Source: a virus. From it: a DNA stretch of 64,000 nt. Location: positions 1 to 64,000 of the IMG/VR virus record IMGVR_UViG_3300017971_000032, one strand, 5' to 3'. A program made the position numbers and the translations under genes. Below the pieces are notes generated by a model. It was not told the origin of the DNA, did no database searches, and saw only the letters and a list, made by a program, of their open reading frames with translations. Below, in pieces: positions 49,933 to 58,175 of the stretch. Numbering within the stretch: the stretch's first letter is position 1; the number at the start of each line of letters is the position of its first letter.

Positions 49933-50988
49933 CTATATGCTTACTAGCCAATCACCCAAGATCTGACGTATGAGTCCGAACAGGTTGTCCAGATCTGCTG
50001 GGTATTGGACGCATCGGTTGGGGACACTGTAATCAGCCCATTCTTCCATTGGAAGGAAGTTCAACACAACTGATTGAAGTGTTCCATCACGACGATCTTG
50101 AATCTCATCGCACTTGCGTACATCGGTGGGATGTTCCATAACCCCATCCGATACAATCAGATCTAAGCGGTAGGCACCCGCATCGCCGTGGGTATTCTCC
50201 CATGATTCCAGTTCTTCCATGAGAGGATACATCCATGTATCTTGCCCATTCCATCTGCTTGGATATTGGGGCAATCTACTGACCGCAGTGCCTAATGGGT
50301 CATCTTCGTCCTCAAATGGGTGGTGATATTCTCCCCAGTAGTTTTCATCGGTTGACAACAACCGTACGTGCTTGCCATCCTCTCCACCTGCCCAAGTCCA
50401 CAGGTTGACAATTAGGCTGTCATCCAGCAGATCCTTGCTGGCAGCGAACAAGCTGAGGTAAAGTGTGCGGATGACGGCCACTGACACGTCCGACAAACCA
50501 TTATACACCATGGAATTGGATACATCCAGGCAAATATTGACTTGTAGCTTGATGCCCTTGGTAGCCCTAACTTCTTCGCCAAATCCGCCCTGCCCTGAGG
50601 CAGCGGCAACCGGGTCATCTATCCAGTCCCCATCGTACAGACCGTGGACTTCTCCCCAACCGATGGAGGCAGCCAGTTCTGACTGGAGGTACCCTGTGGT
50701 GGCTCTGGCTTCGTCTGCTAACAACTGCTGAGCCTCTACATGACGTTGATGGGCTAAGAGTGTTAGTTTGGCCTGCTCAGCTTGGCGCTTCTTCTCAACT
50801 TCATTCTCTGCATCCAAGAATGCCTGTCGTTCCTCCTCACTCATGGCCGCCAACATAGCTTCCCGCTTCTCACGTTCCTGCTTCTCACGTTCCTGCTCTT
50901 GGCGTCTTTCGCGCTCCCATCTGCGCTCGTCCTCCTTGGTCCAGGAGCGACGTCTTCCCTTTTTGATCTTGCGGTCTGTGTAAGGCAT
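49933..50988 (-). CDS. vWA (MIDAS) domain protein, partner of the AAA+ ATPase
   Basis: DVSNSM, VSDG. Confidence 0.75.
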   Translation of the reverse strand: MPYTDRKIKKGRRRSWTKEDERRWERERRQEQEREKQEREKREAMLAAMSEEERQAFLDAENEVEKKRQAEQAKLTLLAHQRHVEAQQLLADEARATTGYLQSELAASIGWGEVHGLYDGDWIDDPVAAASGQGGFGEEVRATKGIKLQVNICLDVSNSMVYNGLSDVSVAVIRTLYLSLFAASKDLLDDSLIVNLWTWAGGEDGKHVRLLSTDENYWGEYHHPFEDEDDPLGTAVSRLPQYPSRWNGQDTWMYPLMEELESWENTHGDAGAYRLDLIVSDGVMEHPTDVRKCDEIQDRRDGTLQSVVLNFLPMEEWADYSVPNRCVQYPADLDNLFGLIRQILGDWLVSI

Positions 50989-52085
50989 CAGTTTCTCCCG
51001 AATTGGACTGTCTGGGCCGTGCTCTTGAGTGTTTCCTTGAGCACCCTGGCCTCAGCCACATTGTCTACCATGTGGACAACGGACGCTTCGAGCGCATCCA
51101 CTACGTCCTCCCCAGCTTTGACCAACGTGATCGCATCCATGAGCCTTCTGGGAGTAATCTGGTAACGACAACGCCCCTTCTTGTGTTGTTCCCAGCAGGC
51201 TATGCCATACTCCACCACCAGGTTGGTCCAAGCCTCTCCCTGTGGCATACCATTGGCTTCTAGCAGAAGTGATAATCTGTAGGCTGAAGGGAACTCCAGC
51301 TTGATAGGGAAGAAGCGGTCTTGGAGTGCTGGGGGCAGTGGCTTGGTGCCTACCAGACCTGGGTTGTAGGTGATGAATAACCGGAAGTCCGGGTGAACTG
51401 GAGCACTCTTGCCGTAAAAGCTCACCTGGAAGGGTGGTGCCAGCTGGTGGTTGAGGTACATAAGTGCATCCGGTTCGGCTGCGTTGATGTCATCAATCTT
51501 GGCCCACCACCCGTTAACGGCTGCGGCCACATACTCGGCGGTCAGGAAATTTGCCCCATTGACCAACTGGTGGCCGACCAGATCGCGACGTCGCAGCCCT
51601 GCATCGGCTGCGACGTTGACCAAAGGCTTGCCACATTCGGCTGCCAACTGCTCCACAGCGGTGGACTTGCCAATGCCTGGTGGCCCCTTGATCATGATGT
51701 GACGCCCTGACCTGACCATAGCCTTCATACGGGCGTACCATTCGGGTGTGCGGAAGTTCTCCATCTGCTCTGCTACCATCGGCACGTCTGGCCAGCGGAT
51801 GATGGGTGCGTAGTCTTTGTCTGGGCTGGGGCTTGCGGCCACGGTCTGCGCGTCAACATGGTCTGCCTGTTGGATGACTGTTTGGGGGATGACATCAGTA
51901 TAGGTGCCACCCCGACGGCTGAGGGTGAAGTTGTCGCAGTATTGGCCAAGCTTGTAGATGGTGTATATGTCATTCCATCCGAAGCCAGCTTCTCGCATGG
52001 CGTCTTGGGACACATCGTCGCTGGATAGAACAAAGTCTGCCAGCTTCTCCAAATCTGTGTCGGGTTTGACTCTGAACGTGTACAT
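50988..52085 (-). CDS. MoxR/CbbQ/CobS-like AAA+ ATPase
   Basis: GPPGIGKS, HPDFRLFITYNPG, ALQDRF, ITPR. Confidence 0.85.
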   Translation of the reverse strand: MYTFRVKPDTDLEKLADFVLSSDDVSQDAMREAGFGWNDIYTIYKLGQYCDNFTLSRRGGTYTDVIPQTVIQQADHVDAQTVAASPSPDKDYAPIIRWPDVPMVAEQMENFRTPEWYARMKAMVRSGRHIMIKGPPGIGKSTAVEQLAAECGKPLVNVAADAGLRRRDLVGHQLVNGANFLTAEYVAAAVNGWWAKIDDINAAEPDALMYLNHQLAPPFQVSFYGKSAPVHPDFRLFITYNPGLVGTKPLPPALQDRFFPIKLEFPSAYRLSLLLEANGMPQGEAWTNLVVEYGIACWEQHKKGRCRYQITPRRLMDAITLVKAGEDVVDALEASVVHMVDNVAEARVLKETLKSTAQTVQFGRN

Positions 52086-52191
52086 GCACTTTCTCCTTCT
52101 TGCTTAGAGTGTGTCGGGTTTGGCTCTAACAGCTACGGAGAATGTCTTCTTCGTAGCTGTAGGGGCCAAACAGCCCCTAGCAGATCTATAA

Positions 52192-52881
52192 TCACTCCTC
52201 CTCTTCCTGTGGCCAGCCATTGAGGGTGTAGAACGCACACACCCCATCCAGTAGCCTTTCGATGGCACGGGTGCTGAATTTCCAGGAGTATCCGCCAAAC
52301 AAGTCCATGATAGCCTCATGCTCCCAGATGGACGTGTCACGCGTGACGCTGTTGGTGCAGCGATCAGCAGTCCAGCTCATAGCGCGGTCTAGCAGGTTGT
52401 CCATAGCATAGTTGCGCCAGAGCCACACCTTGACCGGGTTGTTGGGGTTCTCGTTTATGGCATCTAGGAGAGGTTTGGCGTACTTGAACCACTGTGCCTC
52501 TGCCATAACGATCCCACGTGAGTAAGATTCTATGGCATCCTTCCAGTTCCAGCTGTCAGCACGCTTCAGGAACTCTGCTTTGGCCTTTTCGTATTCCTCC
52601 AAATAGGATTCACAGTGGGCTTGGATCTCGGCAACGGCTTCCTTAGGATCAACTGGTGCAGGAGGCAAATCCATGCGCTCCTCCTGCAACCCTTTGACCT
52701 GTGCTTCCAGTGGGGTGATCTCCCTGGTGATCTGTCCCTTCTCGTAACCGGACAGACCTTCGCGCTCCTGTTTCAGCTGCTTAATATTGGCTTGGAGCAC
52801 TCGAAGCGTTCTGTCTACTTCCATCCTGCGAACCAGAGCATCCCTGATGTAAGTCTTGGCTTCCCAATTGTTGTGAGACAT
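52192..52881 (-). CDS. Coiled-coil hypothetical protein
   Basis: AAGGAG RBS. Confidence 0.6.
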   Translation of the reverse strand: MSHNNWEAKTYIRDALVRRMEVDRTLRVLQANIKQLKQEREGLSGYEKGQITREITPLEAQVKGLQEERMDLPPAPVDPKEAVAEIQAHCESYLEEYEKAKAEFLKRADSWNWKDAIESYSRGIVMAEAQWFKYAKPLLDAINENPNNPVKVWLWRNYAMDNLLDRAMSWTADRCTNSVTRDTSIWEHEAIMDLFGGYSWKFSTRAIERLLDGVCAFYTLNGWPQEEEE

Positions 52882-52927
52882 CTGCTTTCTCCTTATAAGA
52901 TAGCGTCAGGTTTGGCCCCTGACGGAT

Positions 52928-53248
52928 CTATTGATGAGCTTCCTGCCAGTCTTCTTCAGTTTCTGCGGTTGCGCGTCGGATGATGGTCTTCCACAAATTC
53001 AGCTGGTTGCTGGTATAGCCCATGTGCGACAAGACGGTTTTGATGGCCAGGGCTTGGGCTTGTCCCTCTATGCCATTGCTGAGCGTTTCTCCAGGGAATA
53101 GCGGTTCCCCTACCATGAGGCTCACACCGATGGCTGCTTTCTCTTCGTCATCCTTGCCATGTTCCATCGACTCGATAATGACATCTGTGAGTTCGCCTGT
53201 GCCTCCGTGCTCTTGCATAACCTTGGTTAGATCTGACTTTTTGGACAT
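52928..53248 (-). CDS. Hypothetical protein, first gene after the repeat promoter
   Basis: AAGGAG RBS, MSKKSDL start. Confidence 0.55.
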   Translation of the reverse strand: MSKKSDLTKVMQEHGGTGELTDVIIESMEHGKDDEEKAAIGVSLMVGEPLFPGETLSNGIEGQAQALAIKTVLSHMGYTSNQLNLWKTIIRRATAETEEDWQEAHQ

Positions 53249-53266
53249 CTGCTTGCTCCTTATGGG

Positions 53267-53384
53267 CTTGGTCTTGCTCTTGTAAAATCCTACTATGCCC
53301 TTATTATAGCTGAGAAGCATTAGAATCGCATTAGAATTTTATTAGAATTTGTTATGAAATTGGTAAAGAAACTATTAAAACCAT
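53267..53384 (-). repeat. 118-bp promoter-containing direct repeat, copy 1
   Basis: One mismatch to 57396-57513; phased ATTCTAAT boxes, TATAAT. Confidence 0.9.
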
Positions 53385-53509
53385 GCCTGTCCATTCTGAG
53401 CCATTATATAGCCATGAATCCAAACACGACCTTATAATAGCTCATGCGGATCTACACCGAAAGCCAATGCAAAGCAGTACATAGCCGAACTGGCGGTCTT
53501 GTCCTCATC

Positions 53510-55292
53510 TTACTCACTGTCATCACCTGTATGGACATGATAATAGCAGGCTATTCTTGACAGATTTACATCTGGCAGCGGAACCACCTCCTTCAAGCGT
53601 TCACCATAAGCTTGCGGATCTGACAATGCTTCTGATGCAGTTGGCCCTACATCCTCCAGGTTGATCTCACACATGTACACGAGGTGATGCCACCAATAAT
53701 TAGCGTCCACAGGTTCCTCGTTTAATAACCTCACCTCACATTGACTCCAACTCTTAGACAAGCTCCTATTGCCTGCAGGCACTATTAGTAGATACACATC
53801 CATGACAATCACTCCATGTAGTAGAACAGCACATCCACGGTGCGGGCATCCACGCGCTTCATCTCACTGAACTCCCAATACTCCGCATCTTCGTACACTC
53901 TGTTCACGTAAGACCTGGCCCACGCACGCACCTTGTGCATATCATTATTAGGTATAGCATCACCTATGTCTTCCGTGATGATGCGCACACGCAACACTTG
54001 CTCCAAGAACTTGACTGCCAGATCCATTAGCGTGGCCTGTATATCAGATCCACTGGAGCACCGATACGGGACAGCAGCCAAGCCAGCTTCAATGCCTCAT
54101 AAAGTGGCTTAATGACTGTCACTACGCTTCCATCAATCTTACGATACATAACTACACACATGTCACTTCTCCTTTGGCTCAGGCAGTTCTTCAGGGAATG
54201 GTACTGGCTTCTGAACCTTCTTGCGCATCTCCTCACGCTCCTTCAGGATTTGCTTGGCGGTCTCCACTGCACTCGGCACTTTCTTCTTGTCCGCCATCTG
54301 ATACCCTCCTGTCTGTCAATATGTCTTTCATCCTATCAATCTCGATTTGTGGCCCTTTCAAATCCCAATCAGCAGTCTCTATGTCTTGGGCAACTCTCGC
54401 AAATCGCCTTCTGGCATGATTCATGTCATGTAGCTCTTCAACAAGCGTGGCTATGTTGTGATTGATAGCGCGCAATGTGCCTGTGATGGCTTTGATCTCA
54501 TATAAGATTGCGCTAAATTGTGCTCCATCCATGATAACTACTCCTTAAGGATGTGGTCTAGGCTCCACTTATCCTTCATGCGTTGTATGGCTGCATCCAT
54601 ATCCTCTTCTGTCTCAAGCCATTTGCCCTCATGCATGTCGTACAGACCTATAGGCTTGCCTTGGTCATCTACTTCCGTGACGAAGCTGGAGGACATGGAA
54701 GCAGCCATCTTCCTGGCTCTCTCAAAATCGCAATATGGGTATGGGCCTGCTAGATACATGACTAGTAATCAATCCTCCCACGTGTTGATGTTAAGCATAC
54801 GGCAGAAATATCGTGCTGCTTGGCTGTTGGGCCCCTCAGCCCTGTATGCTATCACAAATGCGATAGCACTGTCAAGTGTAGGCCATGAGTGGTGTGTGTC
54901 CTTGCCATCAACAAATGGATGAAATGATGCGTCTTCCTCATACCCATCTCCTCTGTTAGGGTGATAGTATTCCACGATGTCATACACATCAATGGAGTGC
55001 GTGGCTACATATTGGCCCCACTTGAATCCACCCTTCCATCTGGCTCCAACACTCTCTTCCAGATCTGTCTTCGTTTCCTCATTCATTCGAGTGCCTCCGG
55101 GTGACGGTCAGTAAATGAGCCCATCCATTGGGACAAGACAAGACGTGCTGTAGGCTTGTCCAGATCGAACTCCTCTTGGAGATATGGGGCAGCCCCAAAC
55201 ATATTAGTGGAGCCTGACTCGCGCAGGTCATCCAAATATTCGTACATCTCCTCAAGTTCCTCTTCATCAATGATCTTGACTTCAACGTCCAT
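53510..55292 (-). other. Run of small early-type hypothetical ORFs (53510-53812, 53809-54081, 54233-54532, 54538-54759, 54769-55086, 55083-55292)
   Basis: Coupled short ORFs with RBSs. Confidence 0.55.
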
Positions 55293-55306
55293 CTTAACAC
55301 CTCCGC

Positions 55307-55318
55307 TATACTAAACCT
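55307..55318 (-). promoter_or_regulatory. Promoter motif variant AGGTTTAGTATA
   Basis: One mismatch; followed by gc-GGAGGT RBS. Confidence 0.65.
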
Positions 55319-55327
55319 GCGTGAATA

Positions 55328-56971
55328 TTAGCTATCAACGAATCCAAGATAGTCCTTGGATCGTGTCAAAGCCACATACAGTATGTTATCTTCTTGAACT
55401 TGTTGCCAGGGCTGTGTTGCTAACGGATGTGGCATAAGGTCTGGACGTAGAATGTATACTCTCTCAGCCTCAGTACCCTTGGCCCTGTGAACCGATGATA
55501 ATATGATGGCCTTGCGGGTGACGTCATCGAAGATCTTGCGGATGTGATGTCGCAGATCCGACAGATCCCTCATCCCATCGCACAAAGCCTCCAAAGTGTC
55601 GCATCTGTCATACAGGCTGGCAATCTTCTCTTCTTTGTCAGCTGCCTTCAGTCTAGCAGCCTCACGGTGTTTGTACAACCGCAGCTCCGTTAGAAGTGCT
55701 GTAATGGTCTGTCGCTCCGGTGGGGTGTCCCTTAGCAATCTGTCGATCATGTTGTTAAGCATCTGGCCGATGTTGCGTCCACGGATGACTGCCTTGCGCC
55801 CCTGGCGAATGAATGAGTAGCAAGTCTTAACTAGTGGGGCATTGACTCTGCAAAGCACCAAATCCTCTTCTTGGACTTGCTGGTTGAAGGCATATTCTGA
55901 TAGGTGCTCAATTTCACCCTCCTTAGCCCAAGGTGCCGGTTCTGTCGTGATATGGGGGAAGTGTTGACGAACCAGATCCAAATGGGAAGTGGGGTTGCGG
56001 TAGGAGATTGACAAAGGCAGCTCATCGGCTTCGAGCGCTGCCTTCAATCTGGGCATAGCCTCCGTGTCCGCTCCACGGAATCCATAAATGGACTGTTTAG
56101 CATCACCCACGGCCACGATGCGCCCGTCCCCGTTGGTCAGCTTGAGCGCCAATTGGATTTGGCAAGCGTTCAGATCCTGGCACTCGTCAATGAAAACGTA
56201 GTCGTACTTGCCGATGTTTATGTCGAACACGACAGGCATCCAGATCATGTCATCGAAGTCGATGATGTATGTGCGTTCTTTGCACATTTGGAGTGCAACG
56301 GGCAGTAGCTCTATCAGCCTGTCTGCATCCCCATTCAACTCAATCTCGTACCTGGAAGCCATAGCATCCACTGCCTCACGGTCTGTCGGATCCACCAGTG
56401 TTGCTTTAGCCAAAGACACCATCTTCTTGAGTGGTGCCCGCAGGGATTGATCCTTGTGGGTAGGCAGCAGCTCCTTGCAAATGTTCCAGACCTTAGATGT
56501 GTCCAGCTCAGGCCTGCCAGGCAGATAATTGCTCAGTGCCCGTAGCCCTATGGAGTGAAGAGTGCCAGCGCTGACGTGGGGCGGCACTTTGGCTGCCAAC
56601 TCATCAGCCATGTCCTTGCTAAAGGTGCAGTACAGCACCTTGGCGTCTTTGGGCGTGAGCTTGAGTGCTTGAACAGCGGTGGTGGTCTTGCCGGAGCCTG
56701 CATCAGCTCCAACTACGATGTGGCCAGTGCCTTGTTCAATCTTGTCGAAGATGGCTTGCTGGAAGTGGGATGGGGTGAATTGGCGCTTAGGCTTGGATTG
56801 AGATAACTCCAGCATCCGCTTGACTGACTTGACTGACCGCGTGCCTTTGCACTTGGGGTACTTGGAGCATCCGTAGAATGCCCCATAACGCCCATTGCGC
56901 AAGACCATGGGCGAACTGCAATCTGGACAATTAACTTGTATATGCTTGTCGGGTAGCACTTGCTTAGACAT
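55328..56971 (-). CDS. UvrD/Rep-like SF1 helicase with N-terminal topoisomerase-type C4 Zn finger
   Basis: CPDC...FYGCSKYPKC; AGSGKTT, DECQD, VGDAKQSIYGFRGA, HRAKG, YVALTR. Confidence 0.9.
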   Translation of the reverse strand: MSKQVLPDKHIQVNCPDCSSPMVLRNGRYGAFYGCSKYPKCKGTRSVKSVKRMLELSQSKPKRQFTPSHFQQAIFDKIEQGTGHIVVGADAGSGKTTTAVQALKLTPKDAKVLYCTFSKDMADELAAKVPPHVSAGTLHSIGLRALSNYLPGRPELDTSKVWNICKELLPTHKDQSLRAPLKKMVSLAKATLVDPTDREAVDAMASRYEIELNGDADRLIELLPVALQMCKERTYIIDFDDMIWMPVVFDINIGKYDYVFIDECQDLNACQIQLALKLTNGDGRIVAVGDAKQSIYGFRGADTEAMPRLKAALEADELPLSISYRNPTSHLDLVRQHFPHITTEPAPWAKEGEIEHLSEYAFNQQVQEEDLVLCRVNAPLVKTCYSFIRQGRKAVIRGRNIGQMLNNMIDRLLRDTPPERQTITALLTELRLYKHREAARLKAADKEEKIASLYDRCDTLEALCDGMRDLSDLRHHIRKIFDDVTRKAIILSSVHRAKGTEAERVYILRPDLMPHPLATQPWQQVQEDNILYVALTRSKDYLGFVDS

Positions 56972-56972
56972 G

Positions 56973-57167
56973 CTAGCATCCTTTTTGACAATCTGGGCAA
57001 ATGGTCTCAGAGAACAGCCCTTTTGTGCGGGAGCGCCAGCCTTTTGGCAGTGCCGCTGCTTGGCTAGAGCCCTTGGCCTTGGCCTCACCTTCTGCCCCGC
57101 AACGGGAGCAGGTGACCTTGACTGTGGCTATAAGTCTTTGGCGCTTCCTGGTGTAAGTGTTAGGCAT
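56973..57167 (-). CDS. Small Zn-finger protein
   Basis: CSRC...CPDC. Confidence 0.5.
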   Translation of the reverse strand: MPNTYTRKRQRLIATVKVTCSRCGAEGEAKAKGSSQAAALPKGWRSRTKGLFSETICPDCQKGC

Positions 57168-57395
57168 CTTTGACCTCGTCATAAGGGTACAAAATGGGCT
57201 ACTCCATGCATAACTAGTGCCCAGACCGCTTTCTTGCCTTCTCTTTTGTGCTTTTATTGATGGTCAGATTGGACAATCCATAAATCCTTGCGTAATGGTC
57301 AATTATTGCCCTTGCTCTTTTTTCTGTCATCACGTATCCTACATATAGCAATTTGTTTCCTGCGCTAATTTGAAGTATCATCTGCCTGCTGCCTC

Positions 57396-57513
57396 CTTGG
57401 TCTTGCTCTTGTAAAATCCTACTATGCCCTCATTATAGCTGAGAAGCATTAGAATCGCATTAGAATTTTATTAGAATTTGTTATGAAATTGGTAAAGAAA
57501 CTATTAAAACCAT
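57396..57513 (-). repeat. 118-bp promoter-containing direct repeat, copy 2
   Basis: Near-identical to 53267-53384. Confidence 0.9.
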
Positions 57514-57758
57514 CACATTTGCCCGTTGCGTTCCAACAAAGCTTCAGCAGCCAGTAGCACCATCTCCGCTGCATCCCCATCTACAGCTACGCGCAGACCT
57601 TTGCCGAACTTGAGCTCCTCTCCAGAGCGGTGCATCTTCCTCATGTCCAGCCATAGCTTGTCGTACTGATCTATCAATGTTATGCGGATGGGGGACAGAG
57701 AATCTTCCAGCACTGTAACCTCATCCACTACTGTACCATACTTGTCTTGCTTTGACAT
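57513..57758 (-). CDS. PC4/YdbC-like ssDNA-binding or coactivator protein
   Basis: LDMRK...KFGKGLRV. Confidence 0.6.
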   Translation of the reverse strand: MSKQDKYGTVVDEVTVLEDSLSPIRITLIDQYDKLWLDMRKMHRSGEELKFGKGLRVAVDGDAAEMVLLAAEALLERNGQM

Positions 57759-57770
57759 ACCCACCTCCGA

Positions 57771-57782
57771 TATACTAAACCG
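57771..57782 (-). promoter_or_regulatory. CGGTTTAGTATA copy (minus strand)
   Basis: tatactaaaccg on + strand; followed by tc-GGAGGT RBS. Confidence 0.75.
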
Positions 57783-58124
57783 GCAGACATATTGCCTCAT
57801 AAAATCAAACACGACCTTATAAGAGCTTGGCCTAATCCAAGCTATTTGTTGGGCGTTAATGATAATCCATACCAGTCCATGCGCATCACTAGCGGAGGAA
57901 GGGAAGGGGGAGGGGATCCTCCCGTAGGGAGGAGGGGAGGGGGAAGGGATGGTGGTCTACGAGTTCTAGGGCTACGAAGTTATATTTGATGGTATACTAT
58001 TCCTCATCTACTCGTCCTCCCTACGGGAGGACTCCTAGATGAACAGCTTCGCTGTTGGAGGACATGCAATATATCCAAACATACATGAGGTGTTGAAAAT
58101 GAGTGGAAGACCTCATATTCGTAG

Positions 58125-58136
58125 CGGTTTAGTATA
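58125..58136 (+). promoter_or_regulatory. CGGTTTAGTATA copy upstream of the portal/head operon
   Basis: Exact motif. Confidence 0.75.
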
Positions 58137-58175
58137 CTAGCGTCATATTTACAGTGGTGAGCAAGGAGATGTGGA

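Noticed and set aside
52161-52920. 11-bp inverted repeat (aggggccaaac/gtttggcccct) flanking one gene as a mobile or invertible element
   Set aside because: Short, each copy is part of a local hairpin, and no recombinase or transposase is present
53267-57513. CRISPR array or att sites
   Set aside because: Only two long copies 4 kb apart, no spacers; no cas or integrase gene seen
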